Below, in pieces: positions 1 to 13,445 of a stretch of DNA of 64,000 nucleotides; position 1 is the first letter of the stretch; the number at the start of each line of letters is the position of its first letter. A program made the translations under genes and the position numbers. This stretch comes from the human T2T-CHM13v2.0 reference genome, Homo sapiens: the NCBI RefSeq assembly GCF_009914755.1, contig NC_060929.1; one strand, 5' to 3'. A model generated the notes under the pieces. It was given only the letters and a program-made list of their open reading frames with translations. It had not been told where the DNA came from and searched no databases.

Positions 1-792
1 CTTCTCAAAAGAAGACATCTATGCAGCCAACAGACACATGAAAAAATGCTTATCATCACTGGTCATCAGAGAAATGCAAATCAAAATCACAATGAGAAAC
101 CATCTCACACCATTTAGAATGGCAATCATTAAAAAGTTGGAAACGAGATGCTGGAGAGGATATGGAGAAATAGGAACACTTTTACACTGTTGGTGGGAAT
201 GTAAATTAGTTCAACCACTGTGGAAGACAGTGTGGCCATTCCTCAAGGATCTAGAACTAGAATTACCATTTGACCCAGCCATCCCATTACTGGGTATATA
301 CCCAAAGGATTATAAATCATGCTACCATAAAAACACATGCACACGTATGTTTACTGTGGCACTATTCACGATAGCAAAGACTTGGAACCAACCCAAATGT
401 CCATCAATGATAGACTGGATTAAGAAAATGTGGCACATATACACCATGCAATACTATGTCGCCATAAAAAGGATGAATTCATATCCTTTGCAGGGACATG
501 GATGAAGCTGGAAGCCATCATTCTCAGCAAAGTATAACAAGGATGGAAAACCAAACACCGCACGTTCTCACCCATAGGTGGGAACTGAATAGTGAGATCA
601 CTTGGAGACAGGGCAGGGAACAGCACACATCGGGACTGTCGGGGGATGGGGGCTGAGGATAGCATTAGGAGAAATACCTAATGTAAATGATGAGTTGATG
701 GGTGCAGCAAACCAACATTGCACATGTATACCTATGTCTCAAACCTGCACGATGTGCACATGGACCCTAGAACTTAAAGTATAATAAAAAAA
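1..792 (+). mobile_element. L1PA (about L1PA6-7) 3' fragment: ORF2 C-terminus, 3'UTR and A tail; 5' part lies outside the window
   Basis: ORF 38..505 contains the L1 ORF2p CCHC knuckle [18 protein letters not shown]; primate L1 3'UTR ending ccctagaacttaaagtataataaaaaaa. Confidence 0.93.
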
Positions 793-3700
793 TTCTTGAA
801 ACAAATGAAAATGTAAACACAATATACCAAAACCTATGAGATACTGCAAAAGCAATACTAACAGGAAGGTATATAGCAATAAGTGCCTACATTAAAAAAG
901 TAGAAAAACTTCAAATAAACAACCTTATGATAAATCTTAAAGAACTAAAATTGCAAGAGCAAACCAAACTCAAAATCAGTAGAAGAATAATAAAGATCAG
1001 AGCCGGGCTAAATAAAATTAAAATAAAAAAAGAATACAAATGATCAATGACTGAAAAGTTGGTTTTTTGAAAAGATAGATACAAATTGACAGTCAGGCTA
1101 ACTATGAAAAAGAGAAGACCCAAATAAATAAAATAAGAGATTAAAACGGAGACATTACAAGTGATACTGCAGAAATTAAAATAATCATTATAGACTACTA
1201 TGAGCAACTATATGCCAATAAATTGGAAAACCTAGAAGAAATGAGTAAGTTTCCAGAAACGCACAACTTACCAAGATTAAACCACGAAGAAATCCAAAAC
1301 TGGAACAGACCAATAACAAGGTATGAGATGGAAGCTGTAAAAAGTCTCACAGCCCAAAGAAAAGCCTGGGACCCGATGGCTTCACCGCTGAATTTTACCA
1401 AACATTTAAAGAAAAATAATATCAATCTTATTAACTATTTCAACAAATAGAGGAAGAGGAAATAACTTCCAAACTAATTATATAAGGCCAATATTACCCT
1501 GATATCAAAAAGCTAAAAAGACATATCAAAAATAGAAAACAAAGGTCAGTATCTCTGATGAACACTGATGCAAAAATCCTCAACAAAATACTAGCAAATA
1601 GTATTCGACAAAACATTAAAAGATAATTCACCATGACCAAGTGGGACTTATCCCAGGGATACAAGAGTGGCTCAACATATGCAAATCAATCAGCGTGATG
1701 CATCATATCAACAGAATAAAGGACAAAAACCATAAAATCATTTCAAGTGATGGTAGAAAACTACTTGTTTTTATGGTTTTTTTTTTTTAAAAAAACATAA
1801 AAGTTAACATCTCTACATGATACAAACTCTCAGTAAACTGGGTATAGAAGGAATATACCTCAACACAATAAATATACCTCAACATATCATATGTATGATA
1901 TAGCAACATATTATATATATGGATAGAGCAACAGGTAATATCATACTGAATGGGGAAAAATTGAAGCCTTCCTCCTAAACTCTGGAATAAGACAGACATG
2001 CCCACTTTTACCAGTTATTCAATACAGTACTGGAAGTCATAGCCAGAGCAATCAGATTAAAGAGAGATATAAAGGGAATCCAAATTGGAAATGAAGAAGT
2101 AAAATTATCCTTGTTTGCAGATGATATGATCTTATGTTTGGACAAATCTAAATACACCACTAAAAATACTATTAGAACTGATAAATTCAGCAAAGTTTCA
2201 GGATACAAAATCAACATGCAAAATTCAGTAGCATTTCTATAGGCCAACAGTGAACAATCTGAAAAATAAATAAAAAAAGTAATCCCACTTAAAACAACCA
2301 CAAATAAAATAAAATACCTAGGAACTAACCTGACCAAAGAAATGAAAATCTCTACAATGGAGACTATAAAACACCTGATGAAAGAAATGGAAGACACTAA
2401 AAAATTGGAAGATATTCTATGTTGAAGGATTGGAAGAATCAATGCTGTTAAAATGTCCATATTACCCCAAATAATTTTTAGATTCATTGCAATCCCTCCC
2501 TATCAAAATACCAACAACATTCTTCACAGGAATAGAAGAGAATCCTACAATTTATGGTGACCCACAAAAGACTCTGAGTAGCCAAAGCCATCCTGAACAA
2601 AATAACACAATTGGGGGAAATCACATTACCTGACTTCAAATTATACTACAGAGCTACAGTGACCCAAATAGCACGGAACTGGCATCACAACAGAGACATA
2701 GACCAATGTAACAGAATGGATAACTCAGAAAAAATTCATATAACTACAGTGAACTCATTTTTTACAAAGGGGACGAGAACATACCATGGGGAAAGGCCTC
2801 CTCTTTAATAAACAGTGCTGGGAAAACTGGATATCCATATGCAGAAGAATGAAACTAGACTGCTATCTCTTTGATATCCAAAATCACATCACAATTGATT
2901 ACAGCCTTAAATCTAAGACCTAAAACTACTACAGAAAAACACTGGGGAAACTCTCTAAGACATAGGTTTGGGCAAAGACCTTCACAAGCACAGGCAACCA
3001 AAGCAAAAATGAACAAATGGAATCACATCAAGTTAAAAATCTTCTGCACAGTAAAGGACACAATCAATAAAGAGACAACCCACAGAATGGGAGAAAATAT
3101 TTTCAAACTACCTGTCTGACAAGAGATTAATAACTAGAAGATATAAAGAACTCAAACTCAATAGGAAAAATCTAATAATCAGATTAGAAATGGACATAAG
3201 GTCTGAACAGACATTTCTCATAAAAAGATACACAAATGGCAAACAAGTATATGAAAACGCACTCAATATCATTGATCATCAGAGAAACGCAAACCAAAAC
3301 TCCAGTGAGATATCATCTCACCCACATTAAAATGGCTTTTATCTAAAAGACAGCCAATGACAAATGCTGGAGAGGATATGGAGAAAAGGGGACCCTCATA
3401 CACTGTTGGTGGGAATGTAAATAAGTACAACCACTATGGAGAACAGTTTGAAGAATCTGCACAAAACTGAAACTAGAACTACCACAGGATCCAGCAATCC
3501 CACTGCTAGCTATATACCCAAAAGAAAGAAAAATAGTATATCAAAGAGATATCTGCACCCCCATGTTTATTGAAGCACTATTGACAATAAGCAAGATTTG
3601 GAAACAGATAATCTAAGTGTCCATTAACAGACAGATTAAAAAGGTGGTACATATATACAATGGAGTACTATTCAGCATAAAAATGAATGGGATTCTGCCA

Positions 3701-4180
3701 TTTACAACAACACTGATGGAATTGGAGGACATTAGGTTAAGTGAAATAAAACAGGCACAAGAAGATACACTCGCACGTTCTCACTCATTTATGGAAGCTA
3801 AAAATGGAAACAAGTGAACTTATGGAGATAGAGAGTAGAATGATGGTTACCAAAACCTGGGAAGGGTAGTGGTAGGGGGTTGTGGGGAGTAATGGGGATG
3901 GTTAATAGGTACAAAATATAGTTCATGAGAATTAATAATATCTTGTATTTGATAGCAAAACTCGATGACTTCAAACAATGATTTATTGTACATTTAAATT
4001 AACTAAAAAAGTATAATTGGAATGTTCGTAACACAAAGAAATGGTAAAAGCTTGAGGTTACCCCATTTACCCTGATGTGAATATTAGACATTGAATGCCT
4101 GTATCAAAACATCTCATGTGTCCCATAAATACATACACCTTCTATATATCCAAGAAATTAAAAATTTAAAAATTTTAAAA
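793..4180 (+). mobile_element. L1MA (about L1MA2-3) ORF2 RT region to 3' end, decayed
   Basis: ORF2-like fragments (tttgcagatgatatgat = FADDM, RT catalytic motif, near 2114-2130; [12 protein letters not shown]); L1MA 3'UTR ending cccataaatacatacacc...aaattaaaaat. Confidence 0.9.
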
Positions 4181-4188
4181 ATCATATG

Positions 4189-4404
4189 GGCAAGGCACGG
4201 CGGCTCACGCCTATAATCCCAGCACTTTGGGAGGCCGAGGTGGGCAGGTCAGGAGTTCAAGACCAGCCTGGCCAACATGGTGAAACCCTGTCTCTAATAA
4301 AAATACAAACATTAGCCAGGAATGGTGGCATGTGCCTGCAATCCCAGCTACTCAGGAGGCTGAGGCAGGAGAATTGCTTGAACCCATGAGGCGGTGGTTG
4401 CAGT
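4189..4404 (+). mobile_element. AluS, 5' part (split by LTR5A)
   Basis: Alu left arm, linker and most of right arm up to ggttgcagt; TSD aaaa(a/g)tcatatg at 4177-4188 and 5505-5516. Confidence 0.93.
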
Positions 4405-5430
4405 TGAAGGGGTGGCTTGCCCCTCCACACCTGTGGGTATTTCTAGTAGGGTGGGATGAGAGACTGAGAAAAGAAATAAGACAGAGAGACAAAGTATAGA
4501 GAAACAACAGTGGGCCCAGGGGACCGGAGCTCAGCATAACAAGGACCTGCACCAGCACCGGTCTCTGAGTTCCCTCAGTTTTTATTGATTATTATTTTCA
4601 TTATTTCAGCAAAAAGGAATGTAGGAGAGCAGGGTGATAATAAGGAGAAGGTCAGCAAAAAACATGTGAGCAAAAAAATCTATGTCATAATTAAATTTAA
4701 GGGGAGGTACTATGACTGGACGTGCACGTAGGCCAGATTTATGTTTCTCTCCACCCAAACATCTCAGTGGAGTAAAGAATAACAAAGCAGCATTACTGCA
4801 AACATGTCTCGCCTCCCACCATAGGGCGGTTTTTCTCCTATCTCAGAATTGAACAAATGTACTATCAGGTTTTATACTGAGACATTCAGTCCCCAGGGGC
4901 AGGCAGGAGACAGTGGCCTTCCTCTATCTCAACTGCAAGAGGCTTTCCTCTTTTACTAATCCACCTCACACAGACCCTTTACTGGTGTCGGGCTGGGGGA
5001 CGGTCAGGTCTTTCTCATCCCACGAGGCCATATTTCATACTATCACATGGGGAGAAACCTTGGACAATACCCTGCTTTCAAGGGCAGAAGTCCCTGCGGC
5101 TTTCCACCGTGCATTGTACCTCTGGTTTATTGAGACTAGAAAATGGCGATGACTTTTACCAAGTATACTGCTTGTAAACATTTTGTTAACAAGGCACGTC
5201 CTGCACAGCCCTAGATCCCTTAAACCTTGATTTCATACAACATGTGTTTTTGTGAGCTCCAGGTTGGGTCAAAGTGGCTGGGGCAAAGTGGCTGGGGCAG
5301 AGCTACAAATTAACAACATTTCAGCAAAGCAATTGTTTAAAGTACAGGTCTTTTTCAAAATGGAGTCTCATATGTCTCTCCTTTCTACATAGACACAGTA
5401 ACAGTCTGATCTCTCTTTCTTTTCCCTACA
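4405..5430 (-). mobile_element. HERV-K (HML-2) solo LTR, LTR5A-like, 1026 bp
   Basis: Minus strand starts tgtagggaaaagaaagagagatcagactgttactgtgtctatgtagaaag and ends ccacaggtgtggaggggcaagccaccccttca; 5-bp TSD gcagt at 4400-4404 and 5431-5435. Confidence 0.92.
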
Positions 5431-5508
5431 GCAGTGAGCTGAGATGGTGCCACTGCACTCCAGCCTGGGAGACAGAGTAAAACTCCGTCTCAGAAAAAAA
5501 AAAAAAAA
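5431..5508 (+). mobile_element. AluS, 3' part and A tail
   Basis: gcagtgagctgagatggtgccactgcactccagcctggg...ccgtctcag followed by an A run. Confidence 0.93.
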
Positions 5509-6745
5509 GTCATATGAAAGCATAAAACAGTGGCAGAAGTAAACTTGTAATCAAACTCAGAATACTTAGTTAATGCAATGATGGTGTATAGTCTTTCTAA
5601 TCTCAGTACAAAGTTAAGAGTGAAAATAGTAACAACTATAGCTACAATAAGTTGTTAAGGAGTACATGATATAAAAAGATGTAAATTAAGGCAACAAAAT
5701 TACAAATTGTGGGGGTAGGTTATAAAAGTCTATGTGACTATGTGACCAAAGTTAAGTTGCAGGCAGCTCAAAATCTTCTTCTATAGCTAAAAGACATTTT
5801 TTGTAATTCCTATTATAACCAGAGGAGAAAAAAATTAAAGTAGACACACAAATGAGAGAGAGAAATGAATCGAAGTATATCAGTACAGAAATCATCAAAC
5901 CACAAAGGTAAGCAACACAAGAGGAAGCCAGGAACAAAAGGTCTTCAAAATAACCAGACAATAATTAACAGTATGGCAAGAGTAAGTACTAACCTATAAA
6001 TAATAACCTTGAATGTAAATGGATTAAATTAAAAGATACAGATTGGCTGAATGAAACAAACAAACAAAGATCCAACTATATGCTGCCTACCAGTGACTCA
6101 CTTTACCTGTAAGGAGACACACATAAATAGGAAATATAGAAATGGAAAATGATATTCCATGCAAATGGAACCGAAAAGGAAGCAAAAGTAGCTACACATA
6201 TAAAATAGACTTGAAATCAACAACTGTAAAAAAGAGACACAAATGGTCATTGCATAATGACAAAGGGATCAGTTCAGCAAGTGGGGTATAACACTGTAAA
6301 TACATGTGCATTTAACACCAGAGATCCCAGATATATAAATCAAATATTATTAGATTTAAAGAGAGAGATTGACTGAAACACAGTATTAGTAGGGGTCTTC
6401 AACACCTCACTTTAAGCCATGGACAGATCATTCTGACAGAAAATAAAGAAACAGATCTAAACCATACTCCAGATCTAATGGACCTAGCAGATATTCGCAG
6501 AACATGCTACCACACAGCTGCAGAATACACATTCTTCTCATCAGCACGTGAAATGTTCTCCAGGATAGATAACATGTGAGGCCACAAAACAAATCTTATA
6601 AATTTTTAAAAATTGAAATAGTATCAAGTATCTTTCCAGCTGGAACTGGAAATAGAATAATACTAGAAATCAATAACAGGAGGAACTTTGGAAACTATGT
6701 AAATATATGAAAATTAAACAACAAACTCCTGAAAAACAAATAAGT
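5509..6745 (+). mobile_element. L1M fragment: inter-ORF region and ORF2 endonuclease domain, decayed
   Basis: aaccttgaatgtaaatggattaaat (TLNVNGLN motif), tatatgctgcctac, ttcttctcatcagcacgtg. Confidence 0.85.
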
Positions 6746-6779
6746 GTACCACTTTTAATGTCCATACTGACTTTAAAAA

Positions 6780-7530
6780 TAATCTTGTGTCAATAATTTT
6801 GAAAAAACTGATAATTTTTAAGAAAACGATGAATAACCAAACCTATATGAACAAATAAGCATTAAACAGGAATATTTATAAAAGGGTCCCTCCACAGCAG
6901 ATTCCAAACCCATAGAGTTATGTTGTCAAATTTTATAAATGTTTCAGAAAATAGAAAAAGGCAAGCTACTCAACTCATTTTATGAGAATCCATTACTTTA
7001 TGAATCTCGATTCCAAAACAAAAAAAGGACAGTGTAAGAAAAGAAAATTCAGACCAATACCTCTTAAAAACACGGGTTGCAAAAGATAAACAAAATGATA
7101 GTAGACATAATTTAGCAGCATGTTAAAATATACGTATCATGAAAAAGCAGGGATTTTCTCAAGAGTGGACAGATTGTTTAAAATCAAAGTTGATTATGAA
7201 ATATACCACATCAATAGATAAGATGTATCATTTAAACATTAGAAAAATATCTAATCATTTCAATAGATGAGAATAAGCATTCAATATAGTCCAAAACTAT
7301 TTATGAAGAAAATTATTAACATTTAAAAATAGAAATTTTCTTTACCTGTCAAGAAATACCAATGAGAAAACTGGAGTAAATTTATTTAATGACATTTTAG
7401 AAACATCCCTTGAAAGCCAATAAAAGATGAACTTTACTGTTACTTCTCTTTTACATGATACTAGAAGAACCAGTGAAATAAGAGAAGAAAAAACAAAAGA
7501 ACTGGCATATGAATTATACAGGAAAAGCTC
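6780..7530 (+). mobile_element. Old, highly diverged L1M (L1ME-like) ORF2 fragment
   Basis: aactcattttatgag, agaccaatacctct, atcatttcaatagatgagaataagcattcaata resemble the ORF2 RT region. Confidence 0.65.
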
Positions 7531-7559
7531 TTTGAACTTCAATTACTATAAAAACTTTA

Positions 7560-7985
7560 TATTGTGGTTAACAAGGCCCTGTGTGACCTGACCTTACCTG
7601 CCTCTCCCATTTTAGGTCCTGACACTCTTTCTCCTGCTCTGTCCTCCTGACACATTTGTTTATTATCAGATTTTTATTCAGTGTCTTTAAACTGACCGCT
7701 TCCCCCACCACCATTTCTAGAATATTTTCCCCCTGGCTCTATTCATGACTGGCTTTAGTTCCAGTTTAAATATACCTCATTTACTCCTACTTACTTTCCT
7801 CTTTGCACTTGCTGCAGTCTAATTGATGACTTAGTGGTGCATTCGCTAATCGTTTGCATTAAGTTGGCAACTTGGTAAAGATATCTTGTTCACTGTCGTA
7901 TCTCAGGAGCTCAGCACAGTGTGCATGGCACAAAATATACTGCTCTATCAATATTTGTCAAGTGAATGAATGAGTAAATGAGCAA
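7560..7985 (+). mobile_element. L2 3' fragment
   Basis: aaggccctgtgtgacctg...agcacagtgtgcatggcaca...caatatttgtcaagtgaatgaatga L2 terminus. Confidence 0.7.
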
Positions 7986-8410
7986 ATACCTTGATATGCT
8001 TACTAGATGAACTTCATGTAGTACAGCACCTTCTTTCCTCTATATTTTTGAAAGACATTATCAAACTTTACATCTTTGTTCTCTCCTTTTATAGAAGTGC
8101 AGATTCATCTTGTGTGGAATAGCTCATTTGTTTTTGAGACTGAGTATGGTGTCATTATGTGGACATAATTTCTCTTCATTACAATCATAAAGTCATACAA
8201 TTATGTCTCACTAAAGTTAAGCCTAGGCCACCTGGGCTGGATCTGGGATGCTGAAAGACTATTTTCTGTCAGTTTAGGAGCATCTTTAGAGGGCAGCTTC
8301 CTGTTAGCACAGTAAACAGATGACAACTTAGTAGAGTAGGCAAGAAGCAGAAGTATCATATGTATGGATATGCCTGTATACACACAAATATAATGATCTA
8401 GACTTGCTTT

Positions 8411-8712
<302 letters not shown>

Positions 8713-10294
8713 AGACTTGCTTTGTATTTGTAATACATTATTTTTAAAACTAAGATCTTACTATTTATATATCTGTAGATAACAAATATATTATCTAGAA
8801 AAATTGTATGACAAAATAATATACTGTGTAACAAGGTAATAATAGTTATATAATACAAATTATATTACCATGTGTATTTTACACAATATATAGGTAATAC
8901 AGAACATATATTATCTAAATATTAAATATACTACCCCCATTTTAAGCAAATTTGTTTTCCTTGAAAAGCTATTACTAAAATAATAGTGCTTTAATGGAAA
9001 CAAGATAACAAGCTAGAGTTAGATGTTCATTAATAAATTGGCCGCTAGGATCTGTAGAACTTAAATATCCTCAACAGATGCCCCTCTCCAGTGACCCTTT
9101 GATAAAAGTGGCAAATCATTAATACTTGTAAATCAATCATGCCACTTAGTGCTAATGAATTAAAAACTATTCATGAAGACTGTCCAATTCTTGGCTAATG
9201 ATGTGACAGCTGACCTGACCAAGCTTGCTGAGGATGATGGCTTTGTTAAACAGCAACTGACTCTTCAGTTTTTATTCCTGTTGTCTTTCATAAGACCCAG
9301 CATCAATGAGTTTGGGGCAAACGTAAGGGGAATCTACATAATGAGATGCTTCATTCCATTATGTTTATATTTTCTGTTACTCTCTGTGGAATTATAAATA
9401 GAAAAAGGTCAAGGAGTTTCTTCTGCTTTCTCTGATTTGAAGAAACAAAGATATAATTGCACAAGGGGCGCAGAAAATAGCTAACTGGGAAGTTGAGAGG
9501 TCAGATATAACATGTCTCAGATGTCCAGAAATGCATAGAGGCACCTTGGCTGCAACATCTAGCCACCAAGGCCATAATAAAAAGTGATTATCATTTGACT
9601 TTCTCTCTTCATCTTGCATGTATGCAGGAGTGAAAGTAGCAAATGTTGGGAGACTACTGTGGGTTCAAGAAATCGGGTCAGAGAGACACAGGTGAAAACA
9701 CCCCATAATAGGACACACAGAGGTAGGCTCTGGATTCAGGTTAGATGCTAACTATTCATGCCATGTTCTATGCAATTTGCTATCATCACAAAGAAATCTA
9801 CAGATTTGTTTAAGAATACTATAGCAATATTGATTTTAAAAACATTTTATGTGATCTACTATATTTAATTCACCATTTAGCAAAATGTGTACTGTCTTGA
9901 GTGCTGTTCCTTCATTCCTATGTGCAGCTGAGTCTTCCTATGATTTGGCTACTATGGCCTGATTATGTTCACCTTATTTCAGTGTTTATCCATACACACA
10001 CACACTCACATACATGTAGCTAATTGCCTGGTTTGGTTTTACAGTAATTGGTGTAAAACAAACACAGAGATGGATGATACCAGGTTCTAGGATGGGGTCC
10101 TGCCCTGGCCTTCTACTCTATGAAAGAGCCATTGCAAATCCAGATACCCTAGCATTCCCAAATGGATACTTTTTCCTCTGCAGCACACAGATCCAACCAA
10201 AGCATATGCTGATGACTCTGGGCAGATAATCCCATTACCTTTATAATGACAGCGTTAGGTTGTGTCATGTACGGTTTTTAACTTCTATAATGTC

Positions 10295-10638
10295 TGTATG
10301 AGTCTGTTCTCACGCTGCTAATAAAGACATAGCCAAGACTGGGTAATTTTTAAAGGAAAGAGGTTTAATTGATTCACAGTTCAGCATGGCCAGGGAGGGC
10401 AAACATGTCTTTCTTCACATGGTGGGAAGCAAGGAGAAATGTAGGCAAAAGTTGTGGGAAAGCCCCTTATAAAACCATCAGATCTCATGAGAACTCACTC
10501 TCTATCACAAGAACAGCATGGAGGTAACTGCCCCCATGATTCAATTACCTCCCACCAGGTCCCTCTCAGGACATACGGGGATTATGGGAACTACAGTTCA
10601 AGATGAGATTTGGGTGGCGACACAGCAAAACCATATCA
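10295..10638 (-). mobile_element. THE1C/D solo LTR (MaLR) with an internal deletion
   Basis: tgtatgagtctgttctcacgctgctaataaagacata...gagatttgggtggcgacacagcaaaaccatatca; TSD atgtc/atgtt. Confidence 0.9.
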
Positions 10639-10959
10639 ATGTTGCATTCAAAAATCACAGCAAAACGAAGTGTCAGTTTAGGGGAGTGTTGGTACCAAAT
10701 GGCTGATAGAATTTCTTGCAGCCATGAGATTTTAGGATTCTTTAAAATCACCTAGTCATGTAGACACAAGCTCACTGACTACTGTGGTCACTGTGTACCC
10801 CTTGACAAGCCACATGAATTATCTAAATAATCTGTTTCTTCATCTCTAGAAAAATATGTAAGTGACAGAAAGATAATTTTTTCAAACCTGAGCAAAAACC
10901 CCAAGTATGGGAATCTGTGGGAAGAAATAACACACATTGATGTAGTGTATCTGAACGCA

Positions 10960-11225
10960 ATATAGTGGTTTGAATGTTTGGGTCCTACCAGAACCACTTG
11001 GCATGAGGATCTTTGCTCTGCTTCTGTGTCTCCTCTGGGCAAACCATTTAATCTCTTTGAAAATTTGAAAATTCATAATTCATTCTTGTTTTCCATTTTG
11101 TCCATTGGGAATAACAGACCTAGTTCATAGGATCACTATAAAATTAAATAAGATGAAGCATATACTCACATAGTATAGTGTTTAACTATACTCAAATACT
11201 CAACTAAGGCCAGCAGTTATGATAT
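10960..11225 (+). mobile_element. MIR, decayed
   Basis: ctgggcaaaccatttaatctct core; cctagttcataggatcactataaaattaaataagatg tail. Confidence 0.6.
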
Positions 11226-11984
11226 CGCTTATTTATTTCCAATTATTTATATATCTCAATTTTATTTTTACTCACATTCTCTGGGTTTAATAACCCATTT
11301 ACATTAAGGCTTTTCATCTAATATGAACTAACAAAATAAGCTCTGATTCACTTTCTTTCCATGAAACGCAGCCTCTTTGCATCCTCCCACATGAAAGCAG
11401 CAAACTGGAAAACAATTTCAAATACTATGCATTCCATGTGTAGAAAACCAGAGTGAGGAAAAAATACTCTATCAGATCATATTTAAATTGAACATTCTGA
11501 GCTACTGGATTTGGGTGTTTGACTCAGTCTGTAATTGACATTCCTGAAGCATAACCAAGCAAATCCAAAGTACAACAGTTTTTGCATTTCCTCCTTATTG
11601 CAGTCAGTCATCCACTCAACAACTATTTGATTCTGTCGTAGAACTGAATGATTTTGACACTAGAAAGGGGCTTAGAAATGCCCTATTACAATATGTCCTT
11701 TTCAAAAATCAGGTCTAGGATGGTTAAATGCCGTGTTTTTATTTCCACAGTGGGTAGAAAATAAACAAAACATCCTTTGCAAGGCAGTGTAGTAAATAGA
11801 ATGATGAGTAGGAGCTTCCACTTAGTCTTGAGGATCTTACGGCTAGTAGGGACATGAGATGTGTGTACAGATATTAATAATAGTACCTATTAATAGGAAG
11901 GGAGTTGGAAAAAAGCTGTCAAATCCTACAGAAATTTTTATAGGATGAGGTATTACTTCCAGCAAAGATAAATGGTTGAAGTAG

Positions 11985-12330
11985 AATCCTATGTCTGTGC
12001 TATCTCATTAAACATTCCCCTTTCTTCTGTTAGCAAACCCCCACTTTTCCTTTTAGTAGTCACTCTCCAGCACTTGCAGATCATATAGTACAGGTGGAAT
12101 TAACCCCACTCCCAAGACCATGATTAACAATGATCTTGCCTACCTGATTGGAGCACCACATTCTCCAGCCATGACAACTGCCTTGGAGATGGGAGCATGA
12201 CCCAGTGGCAGCCATAAGACCCCTACCAAGAACTTTTGCTGGATATATCAACAAGTAGGTTTTCTAATTTTAATAGGATTGGTAAGTTAGAAAAACATAT
12301 TGCTTGAAACTGCTGGCACCCATTTTTGTT
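11985..12330 (+). mobile_element. LTR33-like ERVL LTR fragment
   Basis: attcccctttcttctgttagca, ggagatgggagcatgacccag, gaacttttgctgga resemble the LTR33 5' half. Confidence 0.5.
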
Positions 12331-12729
12331 ACTTCAAAAGAAGATCTATAAGGAAATAATTTTCCCCCTTTGGTAAAGAAGGCTGCATGATAGACATGTT
12401 ATTAATGTTTTTGTAAAGTCTTTCCTTTTGAGAAGGAGCAACGTACTTCTATTTCCTTCTTGACATAAATTTGTGTTCTGTGGGATGATTCTTTCTACTG
12501 ATATTTTCTGTTGCTTAAATGTCACTGTTGGTTCCTGGGAAATTCTAGGAGTGTCATTTCACATTCATGCACATACATTCACTTTCAGTGATGACTTACA
12601 ATGTCTAATCTCTTCTTCTTTAAATCCTCTTCAACTCAAAATTTTTCAAACCCATCACCATTAGCTTAGAACAACATGGGAAAAATTATTTTACCTATCA
12701 CAAGCATGGTTACATCTGGGAGTCAGTTT

Positions 12730-12970
12730 TTAATAATAATAATATCTTATATTCTTGTAAATTCCTTTTACTTTTTCGTGATGCCTTAGCAACAGTTCCT
12801 TACTTTGAATATCCAAATATTCTGCCAAATAATTAGGGAAGTTTTTATCCTGCTTTAACCAATTTGGTGACTATAGCCCAAATCTGCTCAACTAGTTGCT
12901 TAAGGGCAGAATCAGGCTAGTTACAGAGCTGGTGTTTAAATTTCAGACACCTGGCCCAGAAGTTTTTCTA
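12730..12970 (-). mobile_element. MIR-family relic
   Basis: aataataataatatcttat...ggctagttacagagctgg. Confidence 0.4.
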
Positions 12971-13284
12971 TCAGTCCAACATAATTTATCAAAGATATAG
13001 TGTTAAAAGGACTTCTCCATCTAGCTGAAGGATACATTTGCTTAGAGACATTTACATATTTTGGAATGAAATGTGGTGATAGATTTTATGACAACAAACC
13101 TTTCGCCCTACAACTTTGCTAGTAATTCTTGAGGATAAATATTGACATACTGAAGGATTCACATTAAATACAAAAATACAGTTTCTATAGAGACTAGGAT
13201 CCACTGGTTCAATCATGACCTAAGAAGGAAGGTCCCATCATTCTTCCTGCAATAGGAAAATCTTGCTTCAAGAGCTGCCTCAGA

Positions 13285-13445
13285 GCATTCCTTTCAAAAC
13301 AGAATTGAGCAGCAGTGAGAATCACTTAAAGTGCTTATTAAAAGTACAGATTCCCCAGGCCTGCCATCACAAATTACTCAGTGGTTATGAGTGGAGGCCT
13401 ATAATCTGTTTGTGGTACACAATCCACACACTGAGAACATTATGG
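13285..13445. mobile_element. MER5-family hAT MITE
   Basis: gaatcacttaaagtgcttattaaaagtacagattccccaggcc...cacactgagaacatt. Confidence 0.6.

Noticed and set aside
38-505. 155-aa ORF
   Set aside because: C-terminal remnant of L1 ORF2p that frameshifts out of the L1 sequence near its end; not a host gene
2008-2487. 159-aa hydrophobic minus-strand ORF resembling a membrane protein
   Set aside because: Antisense reading of A-rich L1 ORF2 routinely gives F/L/I-rich ORFs
5271-5299. aaagtggctggggc tandem pair
   Set aside because: Lies inside the LTR5A and, as recalled, is part of that family's sequence rather than a locus-specific event
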